Part shown: positions 47,725-56,305 of the stretch, piece by piece
Layout: each line of letters opens with the position of its first letter
How positions within the stretch are numbered: position 1 is the stretch's first letter
Source: an uncultured Planctomycetia bacterium
GTDB lineage: Bacteria; Omnitrophota; Gorgyraeia; 2-02-FULL-51-18
DNA length: 64,000 nt
Assembly: GCA_964431835.1 (NCBI GenBank)
Contig: CAYSKO010000001.1
Location: 137,743 to 201,742 of the forward strand
Reading direction: 5' to 3'
The notes under the pieces: generated by a model
Seen by the model: only the letters and a program-made list of their open reading frames with translations
What the model was told of the DNA's origin: nothing
The model's database searches: none
Made by a program: the position numbers and the translations under genes

Positions 47725-47881
47725 GTCTATGTTTTAAAACGGTTTAGGAAGGTCGGTAGGGAATGCGAATCGTTTTTCTCGCACGCGTTTGGTGGAGATT
47801 CGAATTCTCTACCGATCGGCCGTTCCGTTTTTCGGTTGATTTTCGGGCTCAGGCGAGCTAGTTTATAGGCTCTGAGCCAAA

Positions 47882-48337
47882 ATGAACAAAGAAGCGGGCC
47901 CCCCGCCGCCCTCCAACGTCATATTGATCGCCGAAGACGACGAGGACGATTTCGTTCTTGCGAAAGAGGCGTTCGGGCAGCATTGTCCGATGAGCGATCT
48001 CCGCTGGGTGCGTAACGGCGAAGAGCTGATGGACTACCTGCACAAGCGCGGCCGCTTCGAGAAAGTGCCCGATCCCGCGATCATCCTACTCGATCTCAAC
48101 ATGCCGAAGATGGACGGCCGTGAAGCGCTGAAAGAGATCAAGGCGCATCCCGTACTCAAAAAAATTCCGATCGTCGCCCTCACCGGTTCCAACGACAAAG
48201 AGGACGTTTTCTTCGCCTATTCGAACGGCGTCAATTCCTTCATCCGTAAGCCGGTTGGTTTCGGCGAATTCGTCGATTTCATGAAAGTCTGTTACGAGTA
48301 CGGACTGGACCTCGTCAAGATCCCGAAGCTCGACTGA
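47882..48337 (+). CDS. Single-domain response regulator (Rcp1-like, paralog of 21548)
   Basis: AEDDEDD, LDLNMPKMDGREAL, NSFIRKP. Confidence 0.88.
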   Translation: MNKEAGPPPPSNVILIAEDDEDDFVLAKEAFGQHCPMSDLRWVRNGEELMDYLHKRGRFEKVPDPAIILLDLNMPKMDGREALKEIKAHPVLKKIPIVALTGSNDKEDVFFAYSNGVNSFIRKPVGFGEFVDFMKVCYEYGLDLVKIPKLD

Positions 48338-48368
48338 TCCACCCCCTAAAAAACTAAAAAGTAAAATC

Positions 48369-49454
48369 TTGTCCGACGTTTACGACGTCTTCATTGCGGG
48401 CGGAGGCCCGTCCGGCAGCGCGCTTGCGCGTTCGCTGGCTCGCGCCGGTTTACGGACGCTGCTCGTCGAGCGTTCGTCGCCCGGCAGCGGCCGGGTGTGC
48501 GGCGGCTTCCTCGGTCCGGAGACCGCTTCCGCGTTCGAGGCGCTCGGTCTTCCGCCTCCGCCCTCGGCGCCGCTCGATACGCTCGTCCTCTCCGCGCCCC
48601 GGGTGAACGCGTTCGAACGCGCCATTCCCGGCCGTGCGTTCGGCGTGCGACGGGACGCGTTCGATGCCTGGCTCTTCGCCTCGGCCCGCGAAGCGGGCGC
48701 CGAGACGCTCGAGTCCGTTTCGTTTTCCGGCGCCGAGCGGGACGGTGGTTTATTTCGCGTGGCCCTCGCGGCTCGGAAAGGGGAGCGGTGCGTACGCGCA
48801 CGGCTCGTCGTAGTGGCCACCGGGCGCCGGCCCCACGCGCCCGGCGGCGCGGTGTCCTTCGGATCGAAAGCGCTTTACTCCGGAGTGGAGAAAATCGAAG
48901 GAAGGATCGCCTTGCATTTCGTCCGTGGCGGAAACGTGGGCTTGAATCCCGTGGGCGGCGGGCTCACGGCGCTTTGCTTTTACGTCGCGTCCAGTCGACT
49001 GCGCGAGACGCGCGGCTCGCTCGATGCGCTCGTGGAAGCTTTCGCCCGGGAAAACCCCTCTTTGGCCGCGCAGCTGGGCGCCGCGCGCCGCGAAGGAGAG
49101 TGGACGTCGTGCCAGGCGGAACCCGACGGCAGGAAAATACTGCGTTCCGAAACGGCCGTCCACGCGGGCGACTCGGTTTCGATGATTCATCCGCTCGTCG
49201 GCGGCGGGATTTCGCTCGCGCTGGCTTCAGGCGTCCTTCTTGCGGGATCGATTCGGCGAGAGGGTCCCGGCGAGCGTGCGGTTCGGCGCTACGCTGCTGA
49301 ATGGCCGCGGCGGTTCGGCCCCTCCTTCCGCTGGGCTGGCGCGGTGGGCCGCTTGCGCCGCTCGGAACGTCTCGCCGCACTCGCCCTGGGTCTTCTCCGC
49401 TCTTGTCCCGCCGCGCTGGATCCGCTCGTGCGGCGAACGCGCCCTTCAGGTTAA
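48369..49454 (+). CDS. FAD-dependent oxidoreductase (geranylgeranyl reductase-like)
   Basis: GGGPSG, RVCGG, RDAFDAWL, GDS..IHPLVGGGI. Confidence 0.8.
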   Translation: MSDVYDVFIAGGGPSGSALARSLARAGLRTLLVERSSPGSGRVCGGFLGPETASAFEALGLPPPPSAPLDTLVLSAPRVNAFERAIPGRAFGVRRDAFDAWLFASAREAGAETLESVSFSGAERDGGLFRVALAARKGERCVRARLVVVATGRRPHAPGGAVSFGSKALYSGVEKIEGRIALHFVRGGNVGLNPVGGGLTALCFYVASSRLRETRGSLDALVEAFARENPSLAAQLGAARREGEWTSCQAEPDGRKILRSETAVHAGDSVSMIHPLVGGGISLALASGVLLAGSIRREGPGERAVRRYAAEWPRRFGPSFRWAGAVGRLRRSERLAALALGLLRSCPAALDPLVRRTRPSG

Positions 49455-49504
49455 AAATTTCTAATCGTATTTTAACCGTCCTTTAATCGCGTTTTTTGTA
49501 TCAT
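49450..49504 (+). promoter_or_regulatory. Periodic TAA-box promoter, complete
   Basis: TAA at 49452/49462/49473/49484; TATCAT at 49499. Confidence 0.8.
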
Positions 49505-49550
49505 GTGAAGCGTCGGGGCTCCCGCCCCGTATCCGACGCAAAGGATACCC

Positions 49551-50084
49551 ATGAATAAGTCGACACACCTTACGATTCTTTCTGCTCTGGCCCTTCTCGT
49601 GCCTGCCGTGCTTTTCGCTTCCGAAATCGATTCCATGTCGCGCATCGACGTGCCCGCGGGCTGGCAGACGGCTGAGCGCATCGGCTCGAGCGTGGCCCTC
49701 GCTTACAGAGCCCCTGCCGTGGCCGGCGACCACTTCGAGGAAAACGTGAATTGGGTGGTGAGCCCTCTTGAGGCGGAAACCGGGTTCGAGGAATACTCCC
49801 GCCGCGCCGTCGCCGAGGTTCTCGGAGGTGTACCCGATGCGCGCCTCCTGGAGTCGGCGCCCGACACGCTCGCCGGCGATCCGGCTTACCGGATTGTCTT
49901 CACGGGCCGGCTGGGCGCGAGGCCCATGAAATGGCTTCAAACATGGACGTTTCACGACGGGAAGATTTACGTCGCCACTTACAGCGCGGACGTCGCCGAT
50001 TACGAGTCTCGGCTGGCGGACGCCAACGAAGCGATCCGGTCCCTGCGTTTTAGGGATCCGGTCAACCAAAGGAGAACCAAATGA
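49551..50084 (+). CDS. Secreted PsbP/DcrB-like protein
   Basis: P.GW, FEENVN, LAG.PAY, IYVATYS motifs. Confidence 0.65.
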   Translation: MNKSTHLTILSALALLVPAVLFASEIDSMSRIDVPAGWQTAERIGSSVALAYRAPAVAGDHFEENVNWVVSPLEAETGFEEYSRRAVAEVLGGVPDARLLESAPDTLAGDPAYRIVFTGRLGARPMKWLQTWTFHDGKIYVATYSADVADYESRLADANEAIRSLRFRDPVNQRRTK

Positions 50085-50251
50085 ACAAACGTATCGGTGT
50101 GTTCGCCGCTGTGCTCGCAGTCGCTGGATTCGTCGGCCTTCAGGGTTGCGACAACCGCAGCGATCTCGAGAAGAATATGGACAAGGCGGGCAATAACATC
50201 CAGGAAGGTGTGAACGACGCCGGCCGGGGAATCAAAGATGCGACGGATTAA
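50081..50251 (+). CDS. Small entericidin-like lipoprotein (56 aa, absent from the ORF track)
   Basis: MNKRIGVFAAVLAVAGFVGLQG-C-DNRSDLEKNMDKAGNNIQEGVNDAGRGIKDATD*; AGGAG SD. Confidence 0.75.
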   Translation: MNKRIGVFAAVLAVAGFVGLQGCDNRSDLEKNMDKAGNNIQEGVNDAGRGIKDATD

Positions 50252-50399
50252 CGCGTTCCACTGGACCGCGCTCTCCCTCGTGCTCGCGACCGCCGTCGTG
50301 ACCTCCGGATGCGTGGCGGCCGCCATCGGCGCGGGTGCCGCGGGCGGTTACGTCGCGGCCAAGGACATGGAAGACGGTAAACTGATCGACTCACAGTAA
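50238..50399 (+). CDS. Small glycine-zipper lipoprotein (53 aa, absent from the ORF track)
   Basis: ...VVTSG-C-VAAAIGAGAAGGYVAAKDMEDGKLIDSQ*. Confidence 0.7.
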   Translation: MRRINAFHWTALSLVLATAVVTSGCVAAAIGAGAAGGYVAAKDMEDGKLIDSQ

Positions 50400-50410
50400 A
50401 GGAGCCAGAC

Positions 50411-50563
50411 ATGAAAAAGAACCTGACTCTGGCGCTGGCGCTCATCGCCGTCGCTTCCGTCGCCCTTCAGGGATGCGGTCCTCAGACCCGCGACTCCATG
50501 AAGCGGGACGTCAACTACGCCGCGGACAAGATCGACGGCAAGGTCGACGACGCGCGGGATTAA
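50411..50563 (+). CDS. Small entericidin-like lipoprotein (50 aa, absent from the ORF track)
   Basis: MKKNLTLALALIAVASVALQG-C-GPQTRDSMKRDVNYAADKIDGKVDDARD*; AGGAG SD. Confidence 0.75.
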   Translation: MKKNLTLALALIAVASVALQGCGPQTRDSMKRDVNYAADKIDGKVDDARD

Positions 50564-50569
50564 GCCGTT

Positions 50570-50609
50570 CCCCGGGAGCGCTTTTTCGCGCGCTCTCGGG
50601 GCGTTTTTT
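50570..50609 (+). terminator. Intrinsic terminator
   Basis: CCCCGGGAGCGC/GCGCTCTCGGGG stem + T6. Confidence 0.7.
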
Positions 50610-50633
50610 CTTGATCTTCAAGTGAGGAGAGCG

Positions 50634-51224
50634 ATGGAATCCCTACTCGCGACCCTGATCCTTTTCCTGGCGTCTTCCGCGGCCTTCGCGGAGGAGGCGC
50701 CCGCCGTTCCCGAAACGTTCGAGGGTGAGATCGCCGCCGTCGCGCCGGAGCAGAACGTCTTCAGCGTCACCACCAACCCCGGCTCCGAAGAACCCGACGT
50801 GCGCGTTCTGACGGACGAGGCGACCCGTTTCGTCGGTGTGGAGTCGCTTGGGGAGCTGCAGTTGGGGGACAAGGTCGAAATCGCCGCGGTCGAAGATCCC
50901 GCCACGAACTCGTGGGATGCCGAGAATATCACACTCGAGGAGCGTCCCGAGGAAGATCCCGCGCTCGCGATCGCCCGTGAAGTCATCAACGACGAGACAA
51001 TCCGGGGAGACCGTTCGAGTCTGGCACGCACCGGGACCGAACCGCGCGCCGAAACGGAACGAGCACCCCGACCCGCCGAAGTGAACCCCGAAAATGCGGT
51101 CCCGGCCGCCGCATCACCCGCCCCCGAAAACGCCCCCGAAGACACACCCGAAGACATCCGTCCGGAAGAAGGAGGCCCGCCTCGCCGGCCCACCGGAGAC
51201 GATCAGAGAAATTTTTCGCGGTAG
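50634..51224 (+). CDS. Secreted OB-fold (DUF5666-like) protein with Pro/Glu tail
   Basis: Signal peptide; EGEIAAV...T.F..L..LQLGDKVEI. Confidence 0.6.
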   Translation: MESLLATLILFLASSAAFAEEAPAVPETFEGEIAAVAPEQNVFSVTTNPGSEEPDVRVLTDEATRFVGVESLGELQLGDKVEIAAVEDPATNSWDAENITLEERPEEDPALAIAREVINDETIRGDRSSLARTGTEPRAETERAPRPAEVNPENAVPAAASPAPENAPEDTPEDIRPEEGGPPRRPTGDDQRNFSR

Positions 51225-52255
51225 ATTTTTAAGAGGACGAAGAAGAGCGACAGCACGACCGGGGCAAGAAACATTCCCATGAGGCCGTACACCTGGACGC
51301 CGCCGAGAATGCCGAGGAAAAGAAGCAGATAGGGAAGCTTCGTTTTCCCCCCGATCAGGACGGGCTTGAGAAAATTATCCACGAGGCTGATTCCGAAGGC
51401 TCCCAATAGGAAAAGCACGATCGCCTTGGCGATCGCTTGCTTGAAAACGAGATAGAGGGTGAGCGGGAACCAGACCATGGGCGCTCCGAGTACCGGGATG
51501 AGGGCGGTCAGGAAAGTGACCGACGCGAAGAAGATCGGCAGCGGGATGCCCAGGGACCAAAAAATGATTCCGGCCAGAAGCGCCTGGATGAGCGCGGTCA
51601 GCAGCTGTCCGCGGATGACCGCTTCGAACGTCCCTGTCACGCGCTCGAAAACGTCGTGCCGGTCCGGTTCCTCTAGAGGCGTCGCGTCGTACACGAACGC
51701 GTAAATTTTCTCTCCGTCGCGCAGGAAGAAGAACACCAGGAAGAACGTCAGAAGGAAGTTGAGAGGAAAAAGAAGGATTCCGCGGGTCACCACCGCCGCC
51801 GGTGTGCCTGCCGCCGCCACGATCGAGCGGAAAGCCGCCGCGATCCACCCTTTGTAATTGGTCTGTACGACCTCCCATTGACCGACGATCGCTTCGATAC
51901 GCCGCATCGGCCGCAGGTCCATCAGCCGGTCCCACCACGCCTCGTACCGGTGCTCCCTTACCGCGTCGATCGCCCACTGGTAGAGTTTCACGGATTCGCC
52001 CGCGAGGCTCAGAACGATCACGAGAACCAGCGGCACGAACGCGAGGAAGATCACGGCGGTCGTCAGGAACGCCGTCCAACCGTCGTGTCCGTTCAGGTGG
52101 CGGCGGATGCGTACGTGCACGGGATAGAATCCGAACGAAAGGATCGCGGCCCAGAAGATCGGCTGCGCGAACGGCGACAGGATCCGGAGTGCTTGAAAGA
52201 CGACGAACCCGAAGAAGAAGAGGAAGAACCCGGTGACGAGCTGATGGCGATTCAT
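51203..52255 (-). CDS. AI-2E family transporter
   Basis: FFFLRDG, DNFLKP, GMFLAPV motifs; multiple TM segments. Confidence 0.9.
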   Translation of the reverse strand: MNRHQLVTGFFLFFFGFVVFQALRILSPFAQPIFWAAILSFGFYPVHVRIRRHLNGHDGWTAFLTTAVIFLAFVPLVLVIVLSLAGESVKLYQWAIDAVREHRYEAWWDRLMDLRPMRRIEAIVGQWEVVQTNYKGWIAAAFRSIVAAAGTPAAVVTRGILLFPLNFLLTFFLVFFFLRDGEKIYAFVYDATPLEEPDRHDVFERVTGTFEAVIRGQLLTALIQALLAGIIFWSLGIPLPIFFASVTFLTALIPVLGAPMVWFPLTLYLVFKQAIAKAIVLFLLGAFGISLVDNFLKPVLIGGKTKLPYLLLFLGILGGVQVYGLMGMFLAPVVLSLFFVLLKIYREKFL

Positions 52256-52342
52256 GGGCTCCACTATAGCGTACGGCGCCCGGGCCGACAAGGGGGACCG
52301 CCGCGATTGACCGTGACGGGCGCATGGCTTAAGCTGGAAGGC

Positions 52343-53485
52343 ATGCGAAGGAAACTCCCCACTCTCATCACGGCCGTCCTTCTCTGCGCCCTTCCGGCGC
52401 TAGCGGAAACGCGCCTGCGCCTGGAGCCCGCCTTCCCGAAGCTCGAGTTCGAACGGCCCGTCGCGATGGAGGAGCCGCGTGACGGTTCGAAGCGGCTTTT
52501 CGTGGTCGAACAGCGGGGCACGATCCGTGTCTTCCGGCGAGATGTCTCGGAAAAAAGCGAGATCTTCCTCGATATTCGCGACCGCGTCGAATACGACCAA
52601 AGCGAAATGGGCCTTCTCGGACTCGCCTTTCATCCAAAATTCGCCGAGAACGGTTTTTTTTACGTCAATTACACGGCCGGCTCCCCGATGCGCACGGTGA
52701 TCGCGCGCTTCCGCGTCGATCCGAAGAATCCCGCGCTCGCCGACCGCGCGAGCGCGAAGACGATTCTTGAGATCGCCCAGCCTTACTCGAATCACAACGG
52801 CGGCCAAGTATCCTTCGGCCCCGACGGTTACCTGTACGTCGGTATGGGGGACGGGGGAGCGGCCGGCGATCCCCACGGCCACGGTCAAAACCGGAAGACG
52901 CTCCTCGGCGATTTGCTTCGCATCGACGTGGACCGCCCGACGGGAGGCCGCGCGTACGGAATTCCGCCGGACAATCCTTTCGTGGGCAACCGTGACGGTT
53001 GGCGGGAGGAAATCTACGCCTGGGGCCTTCGCAATCCCTGGCGTTTCGGTTGGGATGCCCAAGGCCGCCTGTGGCTCGCGGACGTGGGGCAGAACCGGCG
53101 CGAGGAGATCGATCTCGTCGAAAAGGGGAAGAATTACGGCTGGAACGTCATGGAAGGAAGTCTTTGTTTTAAGCCGCGCGAAGGCTGCGACAAAACCGGG
53201 CTCGAGCCTCCCGTCGCCGAGTACGGACGCGACGAGGGCGGCTGTGTCACTGGCGGCTACGTCTACGCGGGTCGGCGGGCACCGTCCCTCGCGGGCGCCT
53301 ACGTGTACGGCGATTTTCTTTCTACCCGGATTTGGACCTATCGCGCGGCCGCGCCCGGCGGCGCCCGGAACGACCTTCTCTTCGAAAGCGGCAAACAGAT
53401 CGCCTCGTTCGCGCTGGACGCCGACGGAGAGCTTTACGTGCTTGCGTTCGACGGCCGCATCTACGGCTTCACCGAAGGCCCATGA
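52343..53485 (+). CDS. PQQ-dependent sugar dehydrogenase (GSDH family)
   Basis: GLLGLAFHP, NHNGG, GMGDGG, GLRNPWR, GKNYGW. Confidence 0.9.
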   Translation: MRRKLPTLITAVLLCALPALAETRLRLEPAFPKLEFERPVAMEEPRDGSKRLFVVEQRGTIRVFRRDVSEKSEIFLDIRDRVEYDQSEMGLLGLAFHPKFAENGFFYVNYTAGSPMRTVIARFRVDPKNPALADRASAKTILEIAQPYSNHNGGQVSFGPDGYLYVGMGDGGAAGDPHGHGQNRKTLLGDLLRIDVDRPTGGRAYGIPPDNPFVGNRDGWREEIYAWGLRNPWRFGWDAQGRLWLADVGQNRREEIDLVEKGKNYGWNVMEGSLCFKPREGCDKTGLEPPVAEYGRDEGGCVTGGYVYAGRRAPSLAGAYVYGDFLSTRIWTYRAAAPGGARNDLLFESGKQIASFALDADGELYVLAFDGRIYGFTEGP

Positions 53486-53787
53486 CTCCGGACGACGACG
53501 AACCGAAGGATTGGGAGCCCGTCGAAGAGGAAAAAATCCCCGAATCGCTCCAGCGCCGCTGGAACGATTACGTAAAGGAAGGCCTGCGTGCCGGCGTCTG
53601 CCGCTCGTGCGGGCATCTTTTCACCGAGGACGACCTCTCTTGCCCCGCTTGCGGCACCTGGACCGATATTCCGCGCCACGGCGTCGTTGTAGGTCTCTGG
53701 AAGTTCCTCACCGCCACGCCGTGGGGCTTCGTCACCCTGCTTCTAATCATCACCGCGGTTGCCGCCTACCTTTTTTCCGCGTACTAA
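53482..53787 (+). CDS. Zinc-ribbon protein with C-terminal TM helix
   Basis: CRSCG...CPACG; ATGA overlap. Confidence 0.65.
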   Translation: MTPDDDEPKDWEPVEEEKIPESLQRRWNDYVKEGLRAGVCRSCGHLFTEDDLSCPACGTWTDIPRHGVVVGLWKFLTATPWGFVTLLLIITAVAAYLFSAY

Positions 53788-53795
53788 AACCTCTC

Positions 53796-53850
53796 ATTAA
53801 AAAATTCTAATCTCATTTTAACCTCGCTTTAAGGTCGACGGGCGTATTCT
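53796..53850 (+). promoter_or_regulatory. Periodic TAA-box promoter, complete
   Basis: TAA at 53798/53808/53819/53830; TATTCT at 53845. Confidence 0.8.
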
Positions 53851-53979
53851 CAAATCAGCAACCGCCGACCCGATGAACGACGCGTTCATGCCTTTACCGG
53901 CCGGAGAAGAGCGCAGCGTGTCCGGGCCTACGGCGGTTTTCTTGTTTGTTTCCCGCCTCATACAAGAGGAGCGATGACC

Positions 53980-54282
53980 ATGCAGAAGAAACTGTACGTC
54001 GGAAACCTGAGTTTCAACGCGAAGGAAGAGGAAGTGCGCACGCTTTTTTCGGCCTGCGGGCCGGTCGAAGAGGTGAGCATCATCACCGACCGCCAAACCG
54101 GCCGACCGAAAGGCTTCGCGTTTGTCCGCATGGCGGACGACGAGGGCGCACGCAAAGCGCTCGAGCTGAACGACCGCGATTTCATGGGGCGCAACCTTCA
54201 GATCGCCGAAGCGCGCTCGGAGGGGCCCTTCGGCGCGGGCAGCGGTGCGCGCACGTCGGGACGAGGTTCCTCGGAATACTAA
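53980..54282 (+). CDS. RRM RNA-binding protein
   Basis: KLYVGNL (RNP2), KGFAFV (RNP1), Gly-rich tail. Confidence 0.92.
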   Translation: MQKKLYVGNLSFNAKEEEVRTLFSACGPVEEVSIITDRQTGRPKGFAFVRMADDEGARKALELNDRDFMGRNLQIAEARSEGPFGAGSGARTSGRGSSEY

Positions 54283-55356
54283 ATGGCGCGCCGCGCGTTC
54301 GCCCTGGCGGCGGCGGCTCTGCTGGCCCTGCAAGCGGCCGCGTGGACCGAACCGACGTTCGTCGGAACGACCTACAGCCACCGGCAAAGCGGGTATTTCG
54401 ATCTCGACGCGAAACAGACCTACCTCGAGATCCTGAAGCTTGATTTCTACGTGATCCGACTGGGCGCGTACTGGGACGAGATCGAACGCGAGAAGGACCA
54501 CTTCGATTTCTCCACGCTTGATTGGCAGATCGCCGAAGCGAAGAAGCGCAACGTGCCGATCGTTTTGACCGTCGGTATGAAGGCGCCGCGCTGGCCCGAG
54601 TTCTTCATCCCCGAATGGCTCCGCCCCGCCGCACCGGTCGGCGGAGACGTGTCGAAAGACCCTTATCTGCGTGAACGGACGCTCAAGTTCGTGGAACAAG
54701 TCGTTCTCCGGTACAGGAACGAGCCCACCGTCCGCTACTGGCAGGTGGAGAACGAGGCGCTCGACCGCTCGGGTGCGCGTTACTGGTGGATCGGAAAAGA
54801 TTTTCTCAAGACCGAAGTCGATCTCGTCCGCCGTTTGGACGGCGGCAAGAGGCCGATCATCCTGACCGCCGCCACCTTCCCGAATGCGTTCCTATTTTTC
54901 CTCGCGCGGTTTCGCTTCGACGTGAATCCCATCTACGACAACCTGGAGATGTGCGACATCCTGGGGATCAATATCTATCCGGTGGTCGGGCAGATGTTCT
55001 GGGGCAAGAAACTCTACTTCTGGTCGACGCGCGGGGAGCGCGCCGAATATTTCACGAAGCTCCTGCGGCTCGCCAAGAAGCGCGGCAAGGACGCCTGGAT
55101 CATGGAGCTGCAGGCGGAGCCGTGGGAGCCCGGCATGCTCGTACACAAGACAAAGGAACGCGTGCCCAGCGGCTGGCCGGAGCCGGTGCGCGAAAGCTTC
55201 CGCGAGTTCAGGCAGCTCGGCTACAACGCTATTTTTCTATGGGGCGCGGAGTACTGGTATTACCGGAATTTCGTTCACGGAGATTCGAATTGGTGGGAGA
55301 TGGTCGGCGATCTCATGAAGGAAAGAGTGGCTGATTGGAAAGAGAATCACGTTTGA
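54283..55356 (+). CDS. Secreted clan-A glycoside hydrolase (GH42/GH5-like)
   Basis: GMKAPRWPE, WQVENE, ELQAEPW, LWGAEYWY. Confidence 0.75.
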   Translation: MARRAFALAAAALLALQAAAWTEPTFVGTTYSHRQSGYFDLDAKQTYLEILKLDFYVIRLGAYWDEIEREKDHFDFSTLDWQIAEAKKRNVPIVLTVGMKAPRWPEFFIPEWLRPAAPVGGDVSKDPYLRERTLKFVEQVVLRYRNEPTVRYWQVENEALDRSGARYWWIGKDFLKTEVDLVRRLDGGKRPIILTAATFPNAFLFFLARFRFDVNPIYDNLEMCDILGINIYPVVGQMFWGKKLYFWSTRGERAEYFTKLLRLAKKRGKDAWIMELQAEPWEPGMLVHKTKERVPSGWPEPVRESFREFRQLGYNAIFLWGAEYWYYRNFVHGDSNWWEMVGDLMKERVADWKENHV

Positions 55357-55370
55357 CGAAGGAGGCTCGA

Positions 55371-56252
55371 GTGGGATTATTCGGTTCTGGAGGAGGCAGT
55401 GAAGAGGAGTTGGCCGCCTCGCGCTGCATCGAGTGGCAGGCGGACGCGCCAGACACGCTGGTCTCGCGCTTCCCGCTCAAGCGCGAGATCCGGATGGGCT
55501 CCTCTTTATTCGTGCGCGAGGGCCAGCGCGCGGCGTTCGTGGCGGACGGCCGCCTCGCCGACGTGTACGGTCCGGGACGCTACCGGCTCTCGGCCGCAAA
55601 CATGCCCGCGCTCACGGCGCTGCGCAATTGGAACTCGGGCTACAACGGCTCGTTCCGCTCGGACGTGTATTTCTTCAACGCCCGCAATTTCCCCGACCTC
55701 CCGTGGTCCTCTCCCGAGGAGCTCACCGTGAACGACTCTAAATTCGGCACGTTCCGCATCCGCGTGGCGGGCGTGTATACGGTGCGAGTCAACGACGTTG
55801 AGCGTGTCCTCCCGCTTTTTTCCGGGAAGATGGAGGACGTCTGCAAGATCAGCCGTATGGAAAGCCATCTACGGCAGACGATTCTTTCCGCGCTGATCGC
55901 CATTCTCGCCGACGGCGACGTGTCATTTTCCGATTTCGGGTGGGACTTGGGACTTCTCTCCGACAAGCTTTGGTTCATGATCGACCCCGCTTTCAAAGTG
56001 ATGGGTTTCAAGCTTGTGAAGTTCGCGGTCGAGGACCTTTGCCTGCCGGCCGACGTCCAGCGTACGCTCGACCGTAAGGCCGTCTCCCGTTACGCGGGAG
56101 CCGCGCCTGCCAAGCCTCCGTCGGCCGCACCCGCCGTCGCGGCCCCCGGCGCCGTCAAGATCGTGATCCGCTGCACGCAGTGCGATTGCCTGGCCCCGGA
56201 GCAGGCCAAGTTCTGCGCCGAGTGCGGCACGGCCCTCCGTAAGAAGGCATGA
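55371..56252 (+). CDS. SPFH domain protein (YdjI-like) with C-terminal zinc ribbon
   Basis: VREGQRA, GPGRY.L, SDVYFFN; CTQC...FCAECG; GGAGG SD before GTG. Confidence 0.82.
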   Translation: MGLFGSGGGSEEELAASRCIEWQADAPDTLVSRFPLKREIRMGSSLFVREGQRAAFVADGRLADVYGPGRYRLSAANMPALTALRNWNSGYNGSFRSDVYFFNARNFPDLPWSSPEELTVNDSKFGTFRIRVAGVYTVRVNDVERVLPLFSGKMEDVCKISRMESHLRQTILSALIAILADGDVSFSDFGWDLGLLSDKLWFMIDPAFKVMGFKLVKFAVEDLCLPADVQRTLDRKAVSRYAGAAPAKPPSAAPAVAAPGAVKIVIRCTQCDCLAPEQAKFCAECGTALRKKA

Positions 56253-56305
56253 CGCGCAGCCGTTTCTGTATTACAATCCCCTCTATCTAAAGAAAAGGGG
56301 AAACC

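Noticed and set aside
47720-47760. AT-rich tract resembling the TAA-box
   Set aside because: Out of register on both strands.
7092-53850. TAA-boxes as CRISPR repeats, REP elements or integron attC sites
   Set aside because: Only 4-5-nt units are conserved, spacers differ, there is no long palindrome, and no cas or intI gene is present; the fixed -10 hexamer favours a promoter.
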